From NCBI GenBank assembly GCA_965218425.1, contig OZ244621.1, positions 608,001 through 672,000 on the forward strand: a stretch of DNA of 64,000 nucleotides. The letters are read 5' to 3'. Under the pieces are notes generated by a model that did no database searches, was not told where the DNA came from, and saw only the letters and a program-made list of their open reading frames with translations. Positions 52,170 through 61,889 of the stretch are shown piece after piece; position 1 is the first letter of the stretch, and each line of letters opens with the position of its first letter. Origin of the DNA: an uncultured Candidatus Binatia bacterium (GTDB lineage Bacteria > Desulfobacterota > Binatia > UBA9968 > CAXXLF01). The translations under genes were made by a program, and so were the position numbers.

Positions 52170-53610
52170 TGTTGGTTTTTTGTTGGGTGCAGGAGCATCC
52201 TACCCATTCGGCATTCCGATGATGCGGGAGTTCTATAGCAATTTCGTCAACTACGTCCGGAACAAGAGATCGCATTGCCATGGACTGATGATTAAGCTTG
52301 AGAGTGAGGCAGCGGACTACATGGATTTGGAGACCTTGATTTCGCAACTAGATAAAATTCGTGGCATACGCGATGGTCTCAGCGCTTTGGGGAGGAAGGA
52401 CGATGGGGCATTGGCCGCTGAGCTAGATGTTGCTGAAGAGTTGCGAGGCTATTTGGACGCTTACTTAATTGAGGTATGTGAACAATTCGACAGAAACAAG
52501 GTCAAGAATACGCTAACGCCTTTTGTCCAATATTGCTATGACAGCAATACTCACATTTTCTCAACAAACTACGATAGACTCATAGAGACAGCTGCCGACG
52601 GATTGGGTGTAGCTTGTAGTGACGGATTTGAACAGCAATCGGGTCGTCCAGAAGCGGCGTGGATTGGCGATGTTGAAGCGTCACAGGGGATTAGACTTGT
52701 AAAACTGCATGGTTCAGTTAATTGGTATAAGGAAGAGGGCTCGGGAACTATATTTCGGCTGGAAAGAGGGTACTCTTTACCGTCACATGAGTATCGATTG
52801 ACTCATGGAGAAAGAGCGCTTCGTCCACTGATGATTATTCCAACTTTGGAGAAGACGGTGTTGCAGATTCCCTATGCAACTTTGCTTACGACATTTAGCG
52901 ATGCGCTGTTGTCTATGGATTTATTGATTGTGATCGGTAACAGCATGAGAGACGAACACATAAGGAATACCATTGCGGCGAGATTGAGAGGTCTTTATGT
53001 CGTGCTTGTCAATCCCCAAGCCGATGGTCAGGTAAGCTTGTTCGGCGACGGGGAAAAGGTACAGGCGATGCCGATTGGGATGGAGGATTTCATTAGAATC
53101 GGTATTCCAAAGTTGCGACAAATGTCTAGTGAGGGATTGCGTTCAAGTGTGTGGGGCAATAGCGGTGACGACGTGAGAGCATTTGTGCAGGAGGTGCTGA
53201 GTGGCGTGGATAGCGTGGACGGGATGAGTATAGAGGATCGCCAGGTACTGGAACGGCTTAGGAGTGGGTCCTCATCAGAGCGGATTGAAGTTATGAACGG
53301 TATTGGTGGGGAGGCTCACAAGGAAGTAATATTGCAGTTGCGGAATATTGCAAAGGAGGGAAGCACGGAATCAGAACAGATTGGGGCCGTGGATGCTTTA
53401 GCGGAGGTGGGCGATATGGGGTCGATTGACTTGTTGTTGGAAGTGGTGGATGAGAGTCCAACACTGGCTGTAAAGGCTGAGGCAATATTGGCGCTAAAGC
53501 AGATTCTAAGGCAAAATGGAGTGGACGACTCTCCCTATGTGCAAAGATTTGCTTCGCGGAACCAATTGGAACGGTCATTAATGTCAGCAACGGTTAAAGT
53601 TCTGCACTGA
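52162..53610 (+). CDS. SIR2-like NADase domain + C-terminal HEAT-like repeats
   Basis: FLLGAGAS, STNYD, KLHGS, VIGNSMRDEHI; C-terminal AVDALAEVG..SIDLLL..VKAEAILAL. Confidence 0.88.
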   Translation: MSNVGFLLGAGASYPFGIPMMREFYSNFVNYVRNKRSHCHGLMIKLESEAADYMDLETLISQLDKIRGIRDGLSALGRKDDGALAAELDVAEELRGYLDAYLIEVCEQFDRNKVKNTLTPFVQYCYDSNTHIFSTNYDRLIETAADGLGVACSDGFEQQSGRPEAAWIGDVEASQGIRLVKLHGSVNWYKEEGSGTIFRLERGYSLPSHEYRLTHGERALRPLMIIPTLEKTVLQIPYATLLTTFSDALLSMDLLIVIGNSMRDEHIRNTIAARLRGLYVVLVNPQADGQVSLFGDGEKVQAMPIGMEDFIRIGIPKLRQMSSEGLRSSVWGNSGDDVRAFVQEVLSGVDSVDGMSIEDRQVLERLRSGSSSERIEVMNGIGGEAHKEVILQLRNIAKEGSTESEQIGAVDALAEVGDMGSIDLLLEVVDESPTLAVKAEAILALKQILRQNGVDDSPYVQRFASRNQLERSLMSATVKVLH

Positions 53611-53934
53611 CCGTTGGAAATGCCGCCCGCCGTGTTGGGGGTGGTAGAAGGGTTAGGACAAAGGGGTCAAACCTTGTCGGGTTGTTTCCCTAACATCGGT
53701 TAAATAGCGCAATAGATCGAACAGAATTATTATGCGCCGTGTTTGTTTCCTCAAACCGCCACGGCTTGCTGCAAGGCCATGGAACGGCGGTCGCAAAGCG
53801 AATGGCCCCGTTCGTTGCCGTAGCCATAACCGCTCTGAGTTTGGCCGTGCATGATAAATCGATGGCCCGATGTTCTGCATTGTCGCCATCAAGTAATCCT
53901 GAATCTACACCCGCCGACGACCGCCCCACCGCGC

Positions 53935-54269
53935 TCGTTTCAGTCCGTATCGACTCCCTGCATGCATGACGCTTTTCTGTTTCCGCGTTATGCCAAGGGC
54001 AATACAGTCTTTGGATGTGCTGGCGCAGGGTCTGTAGCGAGGCTGAGCTTGGCAGACTGCGACTTCCTGACCTCTGCCACACCACGGCTAGTCATGCGAT
54101 CATGTCGGGAGAGAACCTGACCCTGGTCGGCACGCTGCTCGGGCACCTGCGGCATCGAACCACGGCGGACTACGCGCACCTCGCCGATGGGCACCTTATC
54201 GAAGCGGCGGAGCGCATCGGCGCGATCATTACGGAAGCGATGGTGTGTGCCAACAACAACCGACTCTGA
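53935..54269 (+). pseudogene. Tyrosine recombinase C-terminal remnant
   Basis: LRLPDLCHT (degenerate HDLRH), LLGH, TTADYAHL; upstream FLFPRYA is in another frame. Confidence 0.8.
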
Positions 54270-54290
54270 TATGTTCGGTACGTCAAATAA

Positions 54291-54873
54291 CTACCCTGGA
54301 TTTCTCGAAGTCCATATCTCGTGCACAAACTCACGAGCGCTTTTAAGATCAAGATCTGTCGAAAGTTCGCGTGTTTCGATCACCTGTTGCACCCACCCTG
54401 GTCCATGCCCACCGACGGATTTGCAGAAGCCTTCCAACTCGCCAACAGGTACGATCCAGAGGCCCTTCTTCTTGAAAAGCGCTTTTAGTTTTTGGAACTG
54501 TTGCGTGGCCTGCCCCTTGGGAATGGCGGCTTCTCCCGCTTCCTTGACAGCATCCCAAGGGGACGCCTTTCTAAATATCTTCTCAATTTCCTTCTGCGTT
54601 TCTTTTGGAAACTCACCCTTCGTCTGTATGGTTTCCAATTTCCCCAAAATCGCCTTTTTAATTTCACCCGTATTCGACCACGGTTTGTGTTCCTCGATAG
54701 ATTTACGAATAGTTCGGACAATGGGCTCTATTTTATTCCAACTTATCCCAAGAATTCCGACAATATTTTCAAGAACATCATCACTCTTCAAAATGTCTAA
54801 ATCTGATATAACGTCCACCCGCACGTCGAGTTCCGTCAACGCCCTTGCCAGCGCAGCCATTCGATGCTTACCG
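54291..54873 (-). pseudogene. C-terminal fragment of an OLD-family/TOPRIM nuclease
   Basis: GKHRM...VDVISDLDIL and WIVPVGELEGF; the 5' part is replaced at a GGGGTCA element. Confidence 0.7.
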
Positions 54874-54876
54874 TGT

Positions 54877-54928
54877 GTGGGGTCAGACCTTGACATTTGA
54901 CATGATTCATCTCGCCTTCTCAAAAGTT
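54877..54928 (+). repeat. Repeat family Y, copy 1 (GGGGTCAGACCTTGACATTTGACATGATTCATCTCGCCTTCTCAAAAGTT)
   Basis: Near-identical ~50 bp also at ~61015 and ~62243. Confidence 0.9.
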
Positions 54929-55059
54929 GCGAAATGGCCCGTAAACCGCCCATGCAAAGCCCCTGAAAGGGCCGTGCAACGACCGCGCTCGATGCCGCCC
55001 ATGCCCGGGCAGCTTGCCGAGCCTTGCATCGCCGTAGACCGCCTGCGCCTCCGTAGATT

Positions 55060-55143
55060 GCCCTCGCCCCTGCCTTGGGCATAGCGCGGAAACAGAAATG
55101 TATTCCCGCTTCGCTCACCGGTCGATGCATCGATGTGCGCCAT
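55060..55143 (-). pseudogene. Second short tyrosine-recombinase fragment
   Basis: FLFPRYAQG matches FLFPRYAKG at ~53970 in the opposite orientation. Confidence 0.5.
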
Positions 55144-55170
55144 CCGCTGCGCCTCCCCTCACCCATGTCA

Positions 55171-55884
55171 CTATTCGCAGACCACCCCGTCGCCATCGCC
55201 GTCGCGCATGAAGGGGTAAGCCGGATGGCCGCGCCGTACCGGTGCGATGCCGTGCCGCCGCGCCTCGCGGCAGGTGATCCGTCCGTTGCGGTTGTCGTCC
55301 CAAAGACGCAGGGCGTCACCAGACCCCAGAGCCGTGGCACTATGCGAAGCGGGCGGATCGGAAGACGCTGGCGAGCCGTCGGCGCAGGCATGGACGACGA
55401 GCTCGGTCGAGGAGCAAGACGACAGCACCTGTTCCAGCGCGTCGGCCTCGCGCCGGTCGATGGTGAGACCGTACTTGCGGCGTACCTCGATGATACGGGC
55501 AGCGAACCAACACTGATTCTTATCCGACATCCATTCGGCGGCGTCCTTGGCACACTTACCGGATTTGCTGCAGCGGTTCACCTTTGGGCTCGCCAGGGTC
55601 AGGTTCAGCAGGTCGGATGCGAACCGGCGTCTCATGGAGCGATCAGCCCCACAGAGCCCGCTGTCATGGGCCTCGGACCGAGCGACGATGTGTTCAATGT
55701 CCGTCTGCCGGATGCCAGCGAAGCAACGCCCCGTGTAGGGTCCGTAAACCTTGCCGATCGCGGAGACAATCCGGGGCTCAACCGACTGCGGATAGTGGTA
55801 GTCGCGGGAGCTGTAGGGGGAGCAACGGTGCTCTGGCGCGACGACAAGACCGTTCCAGGTCTGGCCATCTTCCGCATGGACCAC
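55171..55884 (-). CDS. HNH-like (DUF1524-like) nuclease + Excalibur Ca-binding domain
   Basis: DIEHIVA...NLTLA..VN..K; C-terminal ITCREAR...Y..MRDGDGDGVVCE. Confidence 0.8.
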   Translation of the reverse strand: MVHAEDGQTWNGLVVAPEHRCSPYSSRDYHYPQSVEPRIVSAIGKVYGPYTGRCFAGIRQTDIEHIVARSEAHDSGLCGADRSMRRRFASDLLNLTLASPKVNRCSKSGKCAKDAAEWMSDKNQCWFAARIIEVRRKYGLTIDRREADALEQVLSSCSSTELVVHACADGSPASSDPPASHSATALGSGDALRLWDDNRNGRITCREARRHGIAPVRRGHPAYPFMRDGDGDGVVCE

Positions 55885-56169
55885 TCCTGCGATCAGAACC
55901 GCGAAAATAGCCGTGATGATAAGGTGGTTGAAGATCCGTCTCTGGACTTTGACGACACTTGATTCGGATTACGATAGTGACGCTGGAATTAAACCGCCAA
56001 GACCTAAAACCAGGCAATCGAGCATTGAACAATCTTGCGCTGCCAGATAGGTGTAAAAGACAGTTCTGGCCTTAAATTATTGTGCATCGCCCCAACGACG
56101 TTATTGCCGGCCATAAAGTTCTGTGCTCAACTCTTGCAGCCATCCCGCAACGAACCTGTTGTTTTAGCG

Positions 56170-57036
56170 CTATTTGTGTAACTCATATGCACGCTTCAAC
56201 AATATTCCCAGGGTTTCATGCTTTTGCGTTATGTCACTTTCGTTGAGTTTGAGTTTGTAACTACCCCGACGCTTGTTATAGTCAAGAAGATCCAGCTCCG
56301 CATTGGTTATGAGCTCTGTATTTTCTGTGGTTTCCGGAAGTCTTATTGAGATGCGAAAGGCGTTTTTCTGAGGTTGACACAATGCAAAATTACATGCGCG
56401 GCTCTCAACCAAGAAACCGATGTAGTACTTGTTATAGTTGAACTCCACAGACGGAAGAAACAATTTCGTGATGTCCAGCACTTTATCCGCGAGCGCAACA
56501 GTCTGTTTAGTGCCACGTTGTTTTTCCCAATAATTACGATCTGTTGGTTCTGACGTTTCTTCGTCTTCGTCTGGATAACCAAGCTCCACGGCAGATAGAA
56601 TTTTCGTAAACTGGAGGCCTACTCCCTCAGGGGTTTCAATCGCCGTGACTTGGATAGCAATAAGTGGAATAAACCCGTTGAATAGCCCAACTACATTGAG
56701 AAACCGGCTTGTAATGTCTTCTGCAACAATTACAGCGGTATGGTTGTATTGGGGGTATCTTTTTCTTTCTAAATCCCAATATTCAATCGTTCTGATGATG
56801 TGTGATTCATCAGTCGCGCCGAGTTGAATCTCTACTTCGTACCGCTCGGAACCGTCCACATCCTGTAGCAATAGATCTAACCGACCTGCCCTGCTATGAA
56901 TGCGTTCTTTGTCTTTGAGAATGACGTCACCAATACCCAATATTGAGGGGTCCTCGGCAACGATTTTCTGAAGCCACTTTTCGTCTAGTTGTGGGTGATC
57001 CTTAATACTCAACGTTTGCAGTTTGATGTGCTTCAT
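56170..57036 (-). CDS. NucS/DUF91-like PD-(D/E)xK nuclease with a C-terminal domain
   Basis: EKWLQ..DPSILG, GRLDLL, YEVEIQLG..DESHIIRTIEYW. Confidence 0.75.
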   Translation of the reverse strand: MKHIKLQTLSIKDHPQLDEKWLQKIVAEDPSILGIGDVILKDKERIHSRAGRLDLLLQDVDGSERYEVEIQLGATDESHIIRTIEYWDLERKRYPQYNHTAVIVAEDITSRFLNVVGLFNGFIPLIAIQVTAIETPEGVGLQFTKILSAVELGYPDEDEETSEPTDRNYWEKQRGTKQTVALADKVLDITKLFLPSVEFNYNKYYIGFLVESRACNFALCQPQKNAFRISIRLPETTENTELITNAELDLLDYNKRRGSYKLKLNESDITQKHETLGILLKRAYELHK

Positions 57037-57123
57037 TCACCCAATATACAACACGATCGAATGTCGGCCAAGGGTCTGTATCAGGCTAGTACAGATTGCG
57101 CTTTAGGGCTGCAAAAGAAAGGT

Positions 57124-57195
57124 GAATTTGATGGTGCGCTCTACCATGGAACTTCTCGCGACAATGCCCGAGAGGATATCTTCGATGACGATCAG
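57124..57195 (+). pseudogene. N-terminal fragment of a REP-associated tyrosine (HUH/Y1) transposase
   Basis: EFDGALYHGTSRDNAREDIFDDD matches the RAYT N-terminal pattern ExxGAxYHVTxRGNxRxxIF. Confidence 0.75.
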
Positions 57196-57504
57196 GCAAG
57201 CTCGGTAAGGCCGAGCGGGACAGTTTGATTGGCCGTGCGGCGCATGGTGATGGATACAGCCGGAGAGAGGTAGCCGATTATCCAGGCCTGCACTACGCTA
57301 CGGTCAGCCGGTCGGCAAAAAAGGAGTGAAATAAGATATAAGACGTGAGCCCAGTGTCGGCTATCGACAAGAGATCCTCAACGGAGGCTTACGTTGCACT
57401 GATTCGCGGCTTTTGATACCACTGATCTAAACAGACTATTCACCAACCTTCAATAGCGCGGTGCTGAAGTGAAAGTTATTATCGGTTCTTTATAGAGAAA
57501 TGCT

Positions 57505-58641
57505 GTGGCCCGTATTCCTTACATTCCGAGTAACCCATCCTGTCATCAAATAGAAGTATTGAATGCCACCCTACAGCGTATTCCAAAAGATGACCCCATC
57601 GTTCTCTCGCTTGCCCGGAAAACCGGTGCAAAATTTTTCTCTGAGAGTTCAATAGCTCAGCTAATTGCTCATCTCTCCCGGCGTTCCGGAAAGCTTGTGA
57701 TTCGTGATACACACAATAGCTGGTTGCCAGCTCATTATTATCGATTCACATCAAAAATTGATGGCGTAGCTGCCTTAGTATATTCGAACCTCATTAGCAC
57801 AGGACGCTTAGAGAACGTAAAGAAACTTGCTGCACCTGACTCACTATTTACAGCTCTGAAATCTCGTCTTTTGGTGTCTGGATGTCTTGAGGATGCAGGT
57901 CCGACTCGCACATTCACTGCAATTGATCCTGATTACCCAACACCTGCTGAACTGGGCAGGCCTCAAGTCCGTAAAAGTGATTTTCACAACATAGTGCGAA
58001 GTACGCTAAGTCAATACGAAAATCGCTTAAAAGGGAAATCCTACGAGAGGCGCCGGGCAGAAGATCGACTTATCAGCTTTGTCTATGAAACCTTCCAAAA
58101 CACGATTGAGCACGGACGCTTCACCAAAAATAATGATTTAATCGATGGCATTCGCTATTTGCGTCTGCATGTTTACGTTGATAATAGTATTTCAGATTTG
58201 TTACGTCGAGCAGTTGGGTTTCCAGAGCTTCAACAGTTCATAGAACGAACACAACGGCAACGGAGCACCGTAAGATTTGTTGAATTAGCCGTCGCTGATG
58301 CTGGGCAAGGAATTACATCTCATTACCTAAATTCGCGATCCCCAACAGCGCCGGCTCCGGATGATCGAGCACAGGTTCTTCAAGAACTGATTGATGGAAG
58401 GCTTTCAAGCAAAAGGTCGATGTCGGGTGTTGGACTGGGTTTACCCAACGCAATGTCAGCGCTCAGGGAACTCAAGGCCTTTTTTAGCCTCCGTACTGAG
58501 GAATTTTGGCTATATCGTGATTACAGTGACCAAGACAGCGCCGCGAATGTTAGGCCGCCCCTTCATCCCGTTAGTAAAATTAAATCAATAGCACCACTCG
58601 CTGGAACCCAGTTCAACGTATTGATTGATTTCCCGAGGTAA
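57505..58641 (+). CDS. GHKL/histidine-kinase-like ATPase with no recognisable HisKA or TM segments
   Basis: N-box YETFQNTIEHG, G1 VADAGQGI, G2 GVGLGL, G3 GTQF. Confidence 0.8.
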   Translation: MARIPYIPSNPSCHQIEVLNATLQRIPKDDPIVLSLARKTGAKFFSESSIAQLIAHLSRRSGKLVIRDTHNSWLPAHYYRFTSKIDGVAALVYSNLISTGRLENVKKLAAPDSLFTALKSRLLVSGCLEDAGPTRTFTAIDPDYPTPAELGRPQVRKSDFHNIVRSTLSQYENRLKGKSYERRRAEDRLISFVYETFQNTIEHGRFTKNNDLIDGIRYLRLHVYVDNSISDLLRRAVGFPELQQFIERTQRQRSTVRFVELAVADAGQGITSHYLNSRSPTAPAPDDRAQVLQELIDGRLSSKRSMSGVGLGLPNAMSALRELKAFFSLRTEEFWLYRDYSDQDSAANVRPPLHPVSKIKSIAPLAGTQFNVLIDFPR

Positions 58642-58646
58642 GGAGG

Positions 58647-60938
58647 GTGGCCGTATTGCTCCATGTCCTCCCTTTTAAATTCGTTGATGGTAACGTGGTC
58701 CGAATTGGCATTTTGCTGGATATCCCGGAAAATGTAGACCTCACCACAATTGAAACCGAGTTGCACACGCAGCATCGGCCTCATTTCCTTGCGGCAGACC
58801 TAATCCTGCTCCGCTTTCCCCCGTGGAAAATGCGGCAACCGGAGCCGCTAGCAGTCGAGAGGCAAGGTGTTTCTAGAATTGCTGATCGATTTCCCAATGC
58901 CCAGGTGCGAATTTTATCATCGCACAAATACCAACACCTGATCGGAGACAATTTATCAGCAATCTATACTGGGAAATTCGACTTTGAAAACAACAAAGGA
59001 TCGTTCTTAAATGAATTACGAGCACAAGAACTTCAATATTTAATTGAACGGTCAGACGCAATTCTTAGTGCCGATTCAAAATATACATTTCGTCTTCCAT
59101 CTGGAGTATTCTCCTCTCACTTTCTTCGAGTCGGCAACATCCAAACCAACAGTCACAATCTTGATATATTTTTTTTCTGGATGCTTCCTTATCTGGTTGA
59201 TGTTGGAGGTATTCTGGTAGATACGTGGTCGATTGGTTCGATCGCGCTAAACTGCAGTCGGCTCACCGATAGATATGACCCCAACAATAAGAGTCTCATG
59301 AGAGTCGAGATGCGGGACAGTTATTTAGACGGTAGAGCCGAAACCCGATCTGAGCTAATCGAGCTGATAAAACGAGTATCGGACGATTTCAATTCTCCAT
59401 TCCTTTCCGTATTTAGTGCTATGATGACTAGCCGTTCCTTGAAGAACTTTTGGTCGGCTCTCGATATAGAAAACTGTCCTTCCGAACTGATTCGACTTTT
59501 AGTGTTATACCGGATGGGAGATTCCGAGATCAATCTAGATGGAAAAGATGTTCCGATATTGTGTAACTTCAAAACATCGCAATCGAGCGACGTTTCCAAC
59601 GAGAACCACGCTCAGAAGGCTGTTATCGAGATTGATCGCGGTACATATTTTCCGGTATTTATTAAGGAAAAGGAAGTTCGCCTTACCACAGACATTGCTT
59701 CTAAGAATCAAGAATTTTTTAGAAACTACGGATCATCGAATGGAATACGTATTCACGCTGATAGTATGGTAGATAGACAATTTTATCGGCATCACGGAAT
59801 TTACATTGATATTCAGAAATTGCTCCGGGAGGATTGCTTTCAGAGGCGACTGCGCGCAATTCTTACGAAGTTTCATCGATCACCCAAAATGGTGATTGTA
59901 CCGCCGCATGATAGTGGTAAAGCTCTAGCGAAGGCGGTAGCAGATCATTTTCAGCAAGAGAATGGATACAGACCGCGTATCGTCATTCATCTCGATCTAG
60001 GTTTCCCTCCTGGTGATGGTGTCGAGAACCATGACCGACAGAAAATGGCGGGGATTCATAAAGAATTAAAATCTTACGCAAATGAGGACACAATAACGGT
60101 GCTTGACGACGTTCTAACAACCGGATCTCGACTATTGTCATATCAGAAACGACTCCGAGATATAGAGTACGTTGGGCAAATTCAATATCTCGTAGGCGTT
60201 CAGAGAATGCCGTCGGCGCGGGCTTGGGCCGATCTAGCTTCTACGTTGCGTCAGAATAACCTTGGTCAGAAACACACTGCCGAATTCGTAGAATCTGTCG
60301 TATTGCCGAACTGGGATCACGACAGTTGTCCCTTATGTGTAGAGGGAAGGCTTCTGAGTGAGCTCAAAAAGGATGAATCAGTGAAAGTTTCTGATTGGAG
60401 CCTCAAACGACTGCAATTGTTGCAAAGGTCGACAAATGATGGTCTAACCAAAGATGTATTTTTTCAACCCCCGAACACACCCTCACTACGACTTTCTATA
60501 AATTCTTTCTTCGGTGACGCAGATGCGCCCCAGTCAGTGGTGTTAAGCTCTGTCGCTGCTGCAATACAAGAAATGAGAGAGCACGAAGACCCAATGAAAC
60601 GATTGGAATCGCGGGGCTTTCCTGTACGGACGGTGTTTGCGTTTGAAGACATATTCAGCAGGTATACGGACGGCATTCTTCGTGCGTCTATCCTGCGCAG
60701 CTTGACCTCAGAGGAACTTCAGCCGAGTGCTCACGGAAAAAGGACCTTGCTAATCGAGCGGGCAAAGATGTTGTTTAACACAAAGGAAGAAGACGAGTGG
60801 AATATCCAACCGGAAGTAGCGTTGGCTATCGGACTAAGAAAAGTTCCTATCGAATCTGCTGATGAAGGCACCATACAACGATTCAAAGAACTCGGTCTCA
60901 ACGATTTGGTCCCGATTGTAGAAGCAGGAAAATCGTAA
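58647..60938 (+). CDS. Large protein with tandem type-I PRTase-like domains
   Basis: FRLPSGVFSSHFLRVGN (OPRTase-like hood) with a degenerate PRPP loop; second domain has intact VLDDVLTTGS. Confidence 0.75.
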   Translation: MAVLLHVLPFKFVDGNVVRIGILLDIPENVDLTTIETELHTQHRPHFLAADLILLRFPPWKMRQPEPLAVERQGVSRIADRFPNAQVRILSSHKYQHLIGDNLSAIYTGKFDFENNKGSFLNELRAQELQYLIERSDAILSADSKYTFRLPSGVFSSHFLRVGNIQTNSHNLDIFFFWMLPYLVDVGGILVDTWSIGSIALNCSRLTDRYDPNNKSLMRVEMRDSYLDGRAETRSELIELIKRVSDDFNSPFLSVFSAMMTSRSLKNFWSALDIENCPSELIRLLVLYRMGDSEINLDGKDVPILCNFKTSQSSDVSNENHAQKAVIEIDRGTYFPVFIKEKEVRLTTDIASKNQEFFRNYGSSNGIRIHADSMVDRQFYRHHGIYIDIQKLLREDCFQRRLRAILTKFHRSPKMVIVPPHDSGKALAKAVADHFQQENGYRPRIVIHLDLGFPPGDGVENHDRQKMAGIHKELKSYANEDTITVLDDVLTTGSRLLSYQKRLRDIEYVGQIQYLVGVQRMPSARAWADLASTLRQNNLGQKHTAEFVESVVLPNWDHDSCPLCVEGRLLSELKKDESVKVSDWSLKRLQLLQRSTNDGLTKDVFFQPPNTPSLRLSINSFFGDADAPQSVVLSSVAAAIQEMREHEDPMKRLESRGFPVRTVFAFEDIFSRYTDGILRASILRSLTSEELQPSAHGKRTLLIERAKMLFNTKEEDEWNIQPEVALAIGLRKVPIESADEGTIQRFKELGLNDLVPIVEAGKS

Positions 60939-61014
60939 TATTGCTTAACCTGCTGGCAGGATCTGTTATCGCTAGACGGTGGAAATCCGCGCCCGCTTCC
61001 CGGCCGCACGTTGT

Positions 61015-61444
61015 GGGGGTCAGACCTTGACATTTGACATGATTCATCTCGCCTTCTCAAAAGTTATTGAGGGAGCACTAAAGCTCTCCCGCCACCGTCG
61101 CCCCCCGGGTTGCACTGTCCCGACACCACGGGGCGGCGGCTGCTGCAATATGCGTCAAGACGCCGTCGCATGACGTGGAGCGGCACGGCCATGTCGTCTT
61201 TTGAAACCGCTGTCAGGCTTGCCCCTTTTCTATTCCGGGTTTCCTTCCCTTTCGGATTCCAGCTTGTTCGTGCCAATTCTATTGTGGAATGTCCTGTCCA
61301 TTTGGACCCGGTGCTTTCCTGTCAATGGCATTTACCTGGGCGTGTCTTTTGTGAAAGCATGGGGTCTTCTCCTTTCAGGTTTGTTGGCTGCCATAACCAC
61401 TATCCTACTGGAGCTTGACCCCTTTTTCATGTTACCTGACCCCC
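61015..61444. repeat. ~430-bp direct repeat, copy 1 (Y end + GC-rich spacer + reverse-strand X/IS110 copy B)
   Basis: Colinear and highly similar to 62243-62670. Confidence 0.9.
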
Positions 61445-61663
61445 GGTCCAATGGAGCCGTTGCTGGCAACTTCTATGGGAGTGGCCATGAAGGGGTTGCA
61501 GGCTCGCTGGAGCGCAACGACCTGACAGCAGCAGCATTTGGGGCCAGCCGATATGCAGACGATGAGCCAAGACTACCGCTTGAGAACCCACTCACTAGTA
61601 AAATAATCAATGGTATGGCTAAATTCCAAAAAGGCCAAGTGTTGGTATAGAAAAGGAGAAAGC

Positions 61664-61870
61664 ATGAAAAACGATGGAGGATCGGCATTTCCGAGTCCGG
61701 GAGTGGGACAATACGGCATGTCCCTCCGTGACTGGTTCGCGGGACAGGCGTTGACTGATCTAGTGGGATCAACGGTGGGTGTACAGGTACCGGTCGTGGT
61801 AAAGGCCGCCTACGAAATAGCCGACGCCATGATCGCGGAGCGAGAGAAGCAAGCCGAGCAGGGAAAATAA
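61664..61870 (+). CDS. Small phage-type protein
   Basis: GGSAFP...GMSLRDWFAGQAL...AYEIADAMIAER, a pattern I recognise from phage hypothetical proteins; AGGAG RBS. Confidence 0.75.
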   Translation: MKNDGGSAFPSPGVGQYGMSLRDWFAGQALTDLVGSTVGVQVPVVVKAAYEIADAMIAEREKQAEQGK

Positions 61871-61889
61871 CCAACGGGAAACTAACGCG

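Noticed and set aside
54874..55553. N-terminal half of the 420-aa ORF 54291..55553
   Set aside because: Read-through across the HNH gene's alternative frame and repeat Y; only the C-terminal ~190 aa look like real protein.
56090..56170. attC-like sites after island genes (GTTGGGC downstream of the NucS-like gene; GCTTAAC after the PRTase gene)
   Set aside because: No complementary R''/R' pair with L boxes could be built, and there is no integron integrase.
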